Below, piece after piece: positions 27,201 to 33,829 of a stretch of 64,000 nt of DNA. The notes below the pieces were generated by a model that worked only from the letters and a program-made list of their open reading frames with translations, had not been told where the DNA came from and did no database searches. The position numbers and the translations under genes are program-made. Each line of letters begins with the position of its first letter. The stretch's first letter is position 1. Source of the stretch: Clostridia bacterium (GTDB lineage Bacteria; Bacillota; Clostridia; Christensenellales; Borkfalkiaceae). The stretch lies in the NCBI GenBank assembly GCA_017467265.1, contig JAFTSO010000050.1, positions 11,532 through 75,531 on the forward strand, given 5' to 3'.

Positions 27201-28548
27201 CGTATATCAAGCGGTGGAAAGATCGTACGTCGTGTCTTTCTATAACGGCGACGAGCTGATCGCGCAGGCGGAATACACGTACGGCGCAACGCCGCTCGCC
27301 CCTGTACTTGCCGACCGTCCGCTCGATGAAACGTATTATGAAAAATTCATCGGCTGGGATCAGGAGCTTAGTACGGTACAGGGCAACGCCGAATATCGGG
27401 CTTGCTTTGAAAAGACGTACGTGCTCTATCTCGTCCGTTTTACGTACGAGAACGGCAAGACGTTCTGTGAGCAAAGCTATCATTACGGCGAAACGATCGT
27501 GCCGCCGAGCACGGATAGAGCGCCTGACGAGCAATACACGTATGCGTTTATCGGCTGGCAGGAAACTTTCCAGCCCGTCACCAAGGCTGCGGAATATACC
27601 GCACTGTATGAAAAAACGTTGCGCGAATATACCGTGCGTTTTGTCGATTACGACGGCACGGAAATCAGCGCAGAGCGCTACACTTACGGCGAAATGCCCA
27701 CGCCCCCGACCGCGCCCGAACGCGCGGAAGAAGACGGATTCCGCTTTGAATTTATCGGCTGGGATACGGACGTGAGCGCGGTGGACGGCGACAAGACGTA
27801 CACGGCGACGTACAAAGCCCTTTCGTCGAAGATTTTGGTGCGCTTTGTCAATTATGACGGCACGTTGCTTTCCGAAACGGAATACGAAAAGGGTGCGACG
27901 GTCGTGCAGCCCGAAACGCCGAAGAGAACGGTGGATAGCAAGAGCTATTATTACGAATTTAGCGGCTGGGATCGCGACGTGACGGCGGCGACGGAAAACG
28001 TCACCTACAAAGCGACGTTTGAGCGTAAATATTACGCATACACCGTGCGTTTTGTTGATTTTGACAATAGTTTGATAGCGGAAAAGACGTACCGCTACGG
28101 TGCGACGGTAGAGATTCCCAACGATCCCGTTCGCGACGGATATACGTTCGTCGGTTGGGACAAAGAGATCACAAAAGTGGAAACGGACGCCGTGTATAAG
28201 GCGGTGTACGAGTCTATCGCTGGCGGTGACGATTCGGAGAGCGACAGCTCGGAAGAAGAACCGTCGGAGATCCCTGACAGCTATATTTCGTCCGAAATTT
28301 CTTCGGAAGATAGCAGCGAAGTTTCTTCAGAAACGGAATCTTCGGAAACAGAATTTTCCGATTCGGCAGAAGAATCTTCGTCGAGCGCGTCTGTACCGAG
28401 TTTAGATAGTTCGAGCCAGACAGGGGCAGGCAGTGCGAAGAAAGGCGGCTGTGGCGGCACGGTTTGGGCGGCACACGGGGGCTTGTTGGCGGTGTGTGCG
28501 CTTGGCGTGCTGGCAGGAATTTTCCTTCGCAAAAAGGAAAGACGTTGA
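24214..28548 (+). CDS. Third surface S8 serine peptidase (compact subtilisin-type domain) with Flg_new-type repeats, a BspA-type LRR array, a Ser/Glu-rich linker and a C-terminal TM anchor
   Basis: 1444-codon ORF. Signal peptide. Triad motifs VVVIDSGV (D112), NGHGTQVCG (H161) and GTSLATP (S325), plus oxyanion-type SAAGN. The start could instead be the ATG at 24223. Confidence 0.9.
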   Translation: MLIMQWKKLKNILLKTAIGCVVCGALGVAARNLPFLTQTQAEENVLATSALPFDQEPLLPSGTAEGAFSDTYAANQEKYLYSRIGLQKDGVSVRDITKGATEKHRSRVVVIDSGVKYDHEDFLAADGSIRFSPLSYNVTMKKTVAEAGYEILADSEIVNGHGTQVCGQIFAVGDNGVGIAGLAEDVELIFVKVTPTSEGGYDGYEMLEAMEYAATLNADVVNMSLGNFLTNNPYATVLRRIRNSGAVIVSAAGNVSKSDLHYPSADNSVIGVGAFTSLLNYSESATEYPLASYSTFGDKNVQICAPGGFYTTKMDGGYAYGNGTSLATPIVTSAVALYRSLYPESTVEEVEAALFASANDQGDKGKDYKYGYGGLNVYDFLFGEKGTVTFDYGTGKTETRAICKGKALQEYPFPSVSGAPTGKEFGGWYLDVGRTRPLTYYKENLTDGATVYAKWQDVGADGLSRGEAQGVGALDYTFTTSGNIAIKGYYGGGERIILPNMLTVEGREYSVTEIAARAFQKHATLTKIVLPTTVTTVREYAFADDYEYVYLPSTVKKVEKHAFENAETVLYLPTEDGTESFTIGWNTNATLTTVTGVEQVTMQDGLELVLQNGAYTLLGYEGQEREIDLTAEYPIIEIAPHAFENNGYIQSVSAPDVVTIGDRAFYGCTALTEVKMPKVETIGNSAFYSCGALTYLQFPKTLREIGDSAFAKNASLFRFAMPDGIVLEKIGDYAFEGCTSLEYIDCSNAQTLTYVGANAFFGAKNVFVAYLPDSVQTIGYNAFGGLQSLHAARLPFLGRGRTDTYTHFGYAFGASNIELQGSVVLENLQSLFIGGDVQDGALKGVSGLTIFAEGRCSAVDGCTVYEGGRYAFIRMYADEILVGLLGGEEGVEVSAATLQSAFRMPQGYRATGWSADVSVFPATGEHVWTMTADMEEYAIVFQDETGKVLSEQTRVFGERPTEPTAPTKAATAQYEYVFTGWNAPVAPATENVVYTPVYQAVERSYVVSFYNGDELIAQAEYTYGATPLAPVLADRPLDETYYEKFIGWDQELSTVQGNAEYRACFEKTYVLYLVRFTYENGKTFCEQSYHYGETIVPPSTDRAPDEQYTYAFIGWQETFQPVTKAAEYTALYEKTLREYTVRFVDYDGTEISAERYTYGEMPTPPTAPERAEEDGFRFEFIGWDTDVSAVDGDKTYTATYKALSSKILVRFVNYDGTLLSETEYEKGATVVQPETPKRTVDSKSYYYEFSGWDRDVTAATENVTYKATFERKYYAYTVRFVDFDNSLIAEKTYRYGATVEIPNDPVRDGYTFVGWDKEITKVETDAVYKAVYESIAGGDDSESDSSEEEPSEIPDSYISSEISSEDSSEVSSETESSETEFSDSAEESSSSASVPSLDSSSQTGAGSAKKGGCGGTVWAAHGGLLAVCALGVLAGIFLRKKERR
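25636..26780 (+). repeat. BspA-type LRR array inside the third protease (approximate bounds)
   Basis: Units such as IAARAFQKHATLTKIVLP, IGDRAFYGCTALTEVKMP, IGNSAFYSCGALTYLQFP and IGDYAFEGCTSLEYIDC. Confidence 0.7.
27016..28215 (+). repeat. Six tandem ~67-aa protein repeats (Listeria-Bacteroides / Flg_new-like) in the third protease
   Basis: Each unit reads roughly 'Y(T/V)VRF(V)xxDGxxxxxxxYxYGxxxxxPxxPxxxxxxxYxYxFxGWDxxVxxVxxxxxYxAxY'. Examples: YTVRFVDYDGTEISAERYTYGEMPTPP...FEFIGWDTDVSAVDGDKTYTATYK and YTVRFVDFDNSLIAEKTYRYGATVEIP...YTFVGWDKEITKV. Confidence 0.8.
28432..28545 (+). other. C-terminal tripartite signal of protease 3: SAKKGGCGG motif, hydrophobic helix, basic tail
   Basis: Translation GSAKKGGCGGTVWAAHGGLLAVCALGVLAGIFLRKKERR. 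The Cys codon is at 28450-28452, 31 residues from the C-terminus, and is preceded by a ~60-aa Ser/Glu-rich linker. Confidence 0.6.
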
Positions 28549-28557
28549 CGTAAAAGA

Positions 28558-28589
28558 TAAAAACCGTTCCTTATCGGGGCGGTTTTTTT
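28558..28589 (+). terminator. Rho-independent terminator closing the protease/Opp locus
   Basis: aaccgttcc-ttatc-ggggcggtt stem followed by tttttt. This is the first hairpin with a T-run seen downstream of position 17 on this strand. Confidence 0.8.
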
Positions 28590-28688
28590 ACGTGTCATTA
28601 TGAATACAATGCGGCGTTCCACCGCGCGAAAAAATGCAGGACGACTAGCTACTGCGTATTTTCTTGCAAGTTTGCGTTTTTTACGGGG

Positions 28689-28725
28689 ATCAGGCGTTTT
28701 GATGGCAAAATGCCTGATTTTTCTT
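28689..28725 (+). terminator. Second strong hairpin with a T-run (13-bp stem), abutting the -35 of the next promoter
   Basis: atcaggcgttttg-atgg-caaaatgcctgat followed by ttttcttt. Its role is unresolved: a back-up terminator or a leader attenuator. Confidence 0.55.
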
Positions 28726-28752
28726 TACAAGATTGCCTTTTTATGCTATAAT
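28724..28752 (+). promoter_or_regulatory. Sigma-A-type promoter for the MacB-like ABC gene
   Basis: TTTACA - 17 nt - TATAAT, with TGc immediately upstream of the -10 (extended -10). Confidence 0.55.
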
Positions 28753-28784
28753 AAGCGCATATTTTGCAAACGAGGCAATTCTTT

Positions 28785-31637
28785 ATGCTACAGCTACAAA
28801 ACGTTGTCAAAAAATATAAGACCAAGGCAGGAGAAGTGGGCGCATTGAACGGCGTTTCGCTGACCTTTCCCACGACGGGTTTGGTGTTTATCACGGGTAA
28901 GAGCGGCTGCGGTAAAACGACGTTGCTCAACGTAATCGGCGGTCTGGACGGCATCGATTCGGGCGAAATCCTGATACAGGACAAGAAATTTTCCGAGTTT
29001 TCTGCCGCGGAATACGACAGCTATCGCAACACGTTTATCGGGTTTATTTTCCAAGAATATAATATTTTGCCCGAATTTACCGTGGAAAAGAACATCAAAA
29101 TCGCGATGGAATTGCAGGGCCGTAAAGCGGACGAAGAGGAGTATGAAAAGCTCCTCAAAGACGTGGAGATTGACGCGCTCAAAAACCGAAAGCCGTCCGA
29201 GCTTTCGGGCGGTCAGCGCCAACGCGTTGCGATTGCTCGTGCGCTCGTCAAGCAGCCGCGTATCATTATGGCGGACGAACCGACGGGTGCGCTCGATTCG
29301 GGGACGGGCTTGCAAGTGCTCGATACCCTGAAAAAGCTCTCGAAAGAAACGCTGGTTATCGTCGTTTCGCACGATCGTGAATTTGCGGAGAGATACGCTG
29401 ACCGTATTATCCATCTCGAAGACGGCAGAGTGGTGCAGGACGTCACGTTCACCGAAAAGGAGATCGAAACGAACGTCAGCGAGCAGGGGGATACGTTCAT
29501 TGTGCGCGAAGGCTCGGATTTGAGCGAGTGCGAAAAGAACGCTCTTGCCAAGGCTGTAAAGGAGCGCAAAAACATCGAAATCATCGAAAAGCCGTGTTTT
29601 AGGGACAAAGCCCCTACGGGTGTGGTGGAACACAATGCCGAGCGCCCCGTTTCGATGCGAAAGAGCAAAATGAAACTGCGCAGCTCCGCACATTTCGGGC
29701 TGAAATCTTTGGTTGTAAAGCCTATTCGTTTGATTATCACGATCATCATTTCGGCGCTTGCGTTCGCGGTGTTTGGCGTGTTCGATACGATCGCTAACGT
29801 CAGTACGTCGAAGGTGCTGAAAAATCAGCTGAAAATCGCCCCTGCCAAGACGGTGGTCACCACCACCGATTACGTGGTGGATTACGAGGCTGGCGATCGC
29901 TATGCGGTGAAACTCTCGCAGAACGCCGTCGAAGATTTAGAGAACAAAACGGGCGGCAAAATCAAGGGGATCTTTGATCTTACCGACAACTTTGCAGGCA
30001 CGATTCAGCAGTCGTTGGCGGTGACGGAACTTAGCTCGTCCAACGTTTTGACGGGTAAAAAATATTATTCTAACTCTGTGAACGGCTTGATTGAATTTGA
30101 AAAGGACACGGAGATCGCGGAAGACGGAAAATTTAGAGATTTCGATTACAAACTCATTTGCGGCGAATATCCCGAGCTGGTTTATAACGAAGACGGCAGC
30201 GTGCGCTACGAGAGCGTGTACAAGGTGGCGGTTTCGACGTATTTTGCCGATTCTGCGATGCATTATCTCAACGGCAATCCCTTGCAGGGCGACGTGATTG
30301 ACGAGTATGAAAAATTACTGGGCAAGACGATCACCGTAGCGTCCTGCCGCTATCAGATCGTAGGGATTATCGATTGCGGAGCAATCCCCGAAAAGTACGC
30401 GCCGCTCGCACAAGCTACGCTGTCCAGCCTTGGCAACAATACGCTTGCCAGCGATTTTAATGCGTACATAAACGCGAGTGCGCAAAAGTGTTTGTTCGTG
30501 GCAAAAGATTTCTTGAAAGCGGTGAAAGCGGACGAAGGCGCGGCGGATATTTTCTATACGGGCAACGTCAGCTGGACGCTTTCCGAAGAGGGTGGCAAAA
30601 CGAAGAAACAGGTGGCGACGTACGTGTATAACGCCGCCGATTACAATGCGGACAACGTCGTGCTCTTTAGCGGCGAATACGCGCAAGACGGCAAGATTAC
30701 GCTCGCGGACGACGAAGTGCTAATCAGTGTGCTCAATCTCGAAGAGTTGTTCGCGACGAAGATTGCGGCGCTGCCTACGAACGCGGAAAAATCGGACGTT
30801 AAACAGATGATTCACGCAATGCAGACGAACACGGTCGCCAACAACCGCGCCGCGCTCAAGGAGCTGATTAAGGAGCTGAACGTCGATCTGGGTGGGGGTG
30901 TGCCCACCGCTACGATCTACCAGCGTTTCACCAAAACGGGAAAGACGTATGAAAAGCAGGTGAAGATCGTGGGCGCGTATTTTGGCGTCGATCTTAGCAG
31001 CTATACGCTGTCCTACCGCTATAAACTGATGATGAACAAAAACCTGATGCAAGAGATGAGCGTGTTCCCCGAACAGGGCGATTATAATAAGCTGCTTTTC
31101 TCGCCGCGCAGCGTACGTTCGGGCGGCAATGCGATCACGGGGTATCTGTTGAGCGAAGACGGGCTGATGATGAGCTGGTACAACAATACCGTGCTCAACG
31201 ACATCCGCACCAACGAAACGGTGATACGTCAGGCGGCAAAGCTCTTCCTGTACGTCGATCTCGCGCTGTCGCTGTTCGCTATCTTTATGCTCTATAATTA
31301 TATGAGTACGAGTATTTCGAGTAAAAAGCGGAGCGTGGGTATTTTGCGTGCGCTCGGCTCGGGCGGCAAGGATATTCTCATCACCTTCCTTTGCGAGAGC
31401 TTGATCGTTGCGGTGATCAACGGTATTCTCGCGACGGGGCTTGCCGTGCTCGGTTGTGCGCTCGTCAACGCGTACATTGTACAAGTAATGAATATTTCCA
31501 TACATTTTGCGCTCTTTGGGATCAGACAGGTCTTCTTGATCTGGGCGGTCAGCTTGCTTACGGCGATCATTTCTTCGTCGTTGCCGATTGTAAAAATTTC
31601 CAAGAAAAAACCCGTCGAACTCATTAGACGTGTCTAA
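28785..31637 (+). CDS. Fused ABC transporter ATPase / FtsX-type permease (MacB-like)
   Basis: MLQLQNVVKKYKT start, typical of the family. Walker A GKSGCGKTT, signature LSGGQRQR, Walker B IIMADEPTGALD. One TM helix, then a ~480-aa extracytoplasmic region, then three C-terminal TM helices with FtsX-like sequence (KKRSVGILRALGSGGKDI). The ORF track starts 21 nt earlier, at 28764. Confidence 0.85.
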   Translation: MLQLQNVVKKYKTKAGEVGALNGVSLTFPTTGLVFITGKSGCGKTTLLNVIGGLDGIDSGEILIQDKKFSEFSAAEYDSYRNTFIGFIFQEYNILPEFTVEKNIKIAMELQGRKADEEEYEKLLKDVEIDALKNRKPSELSGGQRQRVAIARALVKQPRIIMADEPTGALDSGTGLQVLDTLKKLSKETLVIVVSHDREFAERYADRIIHLEDGRVVQDVTFTEKEIETNVSEQGDTFIVREGSDLSECEKNALAKAVKERKNIEIIEKPCFRDKAPTGVVEHNAERPVSMRKSKMKLRSSAHFGLKSLVVKPIRLIITIIISALAFAVFGVFDTIANVSTSKVLKNQLKIAPAKTVVTTTDYVVDYEAGDRYAVKLSQNAVEDLENKTGGKIKGIFDLTDNFAGTIQQSLAVTELSSSNVLTGKKYYSNSVNGLIEFEKDTEIAEDGKFRDFDYKLICGEYPELVYNEDGSVRYESVYKVAVSTYFADSAMHYLNGNPLQGDVIDEYEKLLGKTITVASCRYQIVGIIDCGAIPEKYAPLAQATLSSLGNNTLASDFNAYINASAQKCLFVAKDFLKAVKADEGAADIFYTGNVSWTLSEEGGKTKKQVATYVYNAADYNADNVVLFSGEYAQDGKITLADDEVLISVLNLEELFATKIAALPTNAEKSDVKQMIHAMQTNTVANNRAALKELIKELNVDLGGGVPTATIYQRFTKTGKTYEKQVKIVGAYFGVDLSSYTLSYRYKLMMNKNLMQEMSVFPEQGDYNKLLFSPRSVRSGGNAITGYLLSEDGLMMSWYNNTVLNDIRTNETVIRQAAKLFLYVDLALSLFAIFMLYNYMSTSISSKKRSVGILRALGSGGKDILITFLCESLIVAVINGILATGLAVLGCALVNAYIVQVMNISIHFALFGIRQVFLIWAVSLLTAIISSSLPIVKISKKKPVELIRRV

Positions 31638-31662
31638 ACGAACGCGAATTTGACTGTGAAAA

Positions 31663-31687
31663 ACGCCCCTACGCAGGGGTGTTTTTT
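31663..31687 (+). terminator. Rho-independent terminator after the MacB-like gene
   Basis: acgcccct-acgc-aggggtgt followed by ttttt. Confidence 0.75.
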
Positions 31688-31704
31688 ATCGAATTAAAAA
31701 CTTT

Positions 31705-31723
31705 TTTGTATTATAAATACAAA
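31705..31723. promoter_or_regulatory. Palindrome TTTGTAT-tataa-ATACAAA upstream of the ytrA-like promoter
   Basis: Perfect 7-bp arms. It shares the TTGTAT/ATACAA core with the inverted repeat at 31840-31869. Confidence 0.45.
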
Positions 31724-31767
31724 CGCCCGATCGCCGCAAAGGGGAGCAAAAAAATTTCAAAAAAGCC

Positions 31768-31796
31768 TTGACAAAGCGGAACGTTTGTGTTATAGT
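31768..31796 (+). promoter_or_regulatory. Sigma-A-type promoter of the GntR/ABC operon
   Basis: TTGACA - 17 nt - TATAGT. Confidence 0.6.
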
Positions 31797-31839
31797 ATGC
31801 ATAAGGATAAACTGGAATCGGTGTCCGTTTTTTTATCCC

Positions 31840-31869
31840 TTGCTTGTATTATTCGAGTGATACAAGCAA
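31840..31869. promoter_or_regulatory. 10-bp perfect inverted repeat TTGCTTGTAT-N10-ATACAAGCAA in the 5' UTR of the GntR gene (candidate operator or RNA hairpin)
   Basis: Lies between the predicted -10 (31791-31796) and the ATG (31906). Confidence 0.5.
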
Positions 31870-31905
31870 AAAGAACAAAGGCGGCGGTCGAACGGGAGGC
31901 GCGGT

Positions 31906-32253
31906 ATGGATTTTAAGAGCAATCAGACGATTGTATCGCAGATCATTACGTATATGAAAAAGCAAATTTTTAGCGGCAAGCTGCCGCCGGGGCACAAGAT
32001 TGCGCCGATTCGTGAATTTGCTGCGTTTTGCGCCGTAAATCCGAACACCATCACCAAGGCGTACGCGGCGTTGGAAGAAGAAAAGCTGATCTACACGGAC
32101 AGCACGCTGGGGAAATTCGTCACGCCGAACGTTGTGTATCTCCGCGCAAAGCGGCTGGAATATCTTCGGGGCGAAGTGCAAAAATTCCGCTGCGAGCTGA
32201 CGGAGTGCGGCGTGAGCGAAGAAGAGTTTATCAAACTGATTAAGGAGAAGTAA
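31906..32253 (+). CDS. GntR-family transcriptional regulator, short YtrA-type
   Basis: 115 aa. wHTH block GKLPPGHKIAPIREFAAFCAVNPNTITKAYAALEEEKLIYTDSTLGKFVT, with only a short C-terminal helix region. GGGAGG lies upstream. Confidence 0.85.
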   Translation: MDFKSNQTIVSQIITYMKKQIFSGKLPPGHKIAPIREFAAFCAVNPNTITKAYAALEEEKLIYTDSTLGKFVTPNVVYLRAKRLEYLRGEVQKFRCELTECGVSEEEFIKLIKEK

Positions 32254-32256
32254 GGT

Positions 32257-32931
32257 ATGTTCGGTGGAAAGAATATTCAAAAGAGATACGGAGCGCGCGA
32301 GGTATTGCGTGACGTGACGTTTGCGATAGAAACGAACAAGATCGTAGGTGTTTTCGGACTGAACGGCGCTGGGAAAACGACGTTGCTCCGTATTTTATCG
32401 GGGCTGGACGGGTATTACAAGGGCACGGTCTATAAGACGGATTTTGAAGATGTGGCGTATATGGCGGTGGAGAATATGTATCCGCCCGAGATGACGGTGA
32501 AAGGCTTGATCGAATTTTGCGCGACGTTCATGCCCAAACAGGACACGGCGAAGATTATGGAGCAGATACAAGAGCAGGGGATAAAACCCAAAAGTTTTCT
32601 GCGGAATTTATCGTCGGGTATGCGGCAATACGTAAAATTTCTGCTCACGGTGTACAGCGGCGCGAGCGTATGCCTGTTCGACGAGCCGCTGACGAATTTG
32701 GACGTCAATATGCGCGAAAGGATAATACAAACGCTGATTAGCGAGATCAACGAAGAGCGACTGTTCATCGTCACCACCCACGAAATCAAAGAGATCGAGC
32801 GGATTATCGACGGGTTTTACGTTTTGAAAAACGGAACGTTTTCGCCCTATTACGAGTGCGAACAAATCGTGGACGAAACGGGCGCGAGCGTCGAAGAATT
32901 TTATAAGGAGAAAGTCAATGCGAAAGAGTAA
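32257..32931 (+). CDS. ABC transporter ATP-binding protein (YtrB-like partner of the GntR regulator)
   Basis: Walker A GLNGAGKTT, signature LSSGMRQ, Walker B CLFDEPLTNLD. Confidence 0.85.
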   Translation: MFGGKNIQKRYGAREVLRDVTFAIETNKIVGVFGLNGAGKTTLLRILSGLDGYYKGTVYKTDFEDVAYMAVENMYPPEMTVKGLIEFCATFMPKQDTAKIMEQIQEQGIKPKSFLRNLSSGMRQYVKFLLTVYSGASVCLFDEPLTNLDVNMRERIIQTLISEINEERLFIVTTHEIKEIERIIDGFYVLKNGTFSPYYECEQIVDETGASVEEFYKEKVNAKE

Positions 32932-33829
32932 TGGAAAACTGTTTTTATACGAACTGAAAAAGACGTTTTTGATACCGAGCCTTTTGGCTGGTATATATCT
33001 GCTCGTCGCGTTGTTCGACACCGTAGTGTTCAACGTCGGGGCAGGAGCTGCGCGCGACTACGATCGGTATTCACATATCTTTTTATACGTGTTTTACGCG
33101 GTCGTGCTCACGCTGTTTATCTATCGCGTATTTACGATGCGAAAGCTGTACGAAAAGATGCGTATAGCCCACGAAAAGCTGTTTTGGATTCACGTGTTGT
33201 ATATCTTTACGTATTGCTTTTTGTGCACGACGGCGCTGCTCTTGGTAGGTACGCTCCGCGTGTATAAGATGAAAAACGGATACTACGCAGAATACGTCGG
33301 GTACGCACGGCACAGTCTATTTGCTTTGCAGGGCAAAACGAAGTGGTATTTTCTGTTCGGCGCGTCGGTGGGTTTGACGGGCGTGATCACCTATTCGGTG
33401 GCGGTGTTTATCCAACACCTGTTCGTTTGCAGGGACAAATGGTATTTCAAAGCCGTGTGGGGCTGCGTGTTCGCGGCGGCGATTCTTTCGACGCATTTCG
33501 TCATTACGAGAACGTACACGTGTCCTGCGCTCGGCAACAACGAAGGGTTTGCTACGCCCCTGCCGTATGGGGGTATGAGCTATCAAACGTACAAAGATTT
33601 TTTCGAGCACGGTTTGTCGAGTCCGTTCGATCCGTTCTCCGCTCTGCTGCCGTCGGCAGAGATATTGCGCTGTGATCTTTGCTGGAATATCGCCAACCCG
33701 TGGGTACTGCTTAGCGGCTTGTTCGTGATCGTGTTTGCGTTCGTATCCATCGGTTTTTTGCACAGAGCGAAAAACGCAAATTATGCCTATACCGTTCAAA
33801 AGGAGAAGAACAATGAGATTGAAAATTAA
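32918..33829 (+). CDS. Polytopic membrane protein, likely the permease component of the YtrA-type ABC module
   Basis: 303 aa with at least 6 hydrophobic helices. 14-nt overlap with the ATPase gene. No family recognised from sequence. Confidence 0.65.
   Translation: MRKSNGKLFLYELKKTFLIPSLLAGIYLLVALFDTVVFNVGAGAARDYDRYSHIFLYVFYAVVLTLFIYRVFTMRKLYEKMRIAHEKLFWIHVLYIFTYCFLCTTALLLVGTLRVYKMKNGYYAEYVGYARHSLFALQGKTKWYFLFGASVGLTGVITYSVAVFIQHLFVCRDKWYFKAVWGCVFAAAILSTHFVITRTYTCPALGNNEGFATPLPYGGMSYQTYKDFFEHGLSSPFDPFSALLPSAEILRCDLCWNIANPWVLLSGLFVIVFAFVSIGFLHRAKNANYAYTVQKEKNNEIEN

Noticed and set aside
28600-28848. 82-aa ORF between the protease locus and the MacB-like gene.
   Set aside because: It runs through a strong terminator hairpin, the predicted promoter and the start of the ABC gene in another frame. 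It has no SD, and its Cys/Phe/Leu/Arg-rich translation has no motifs.
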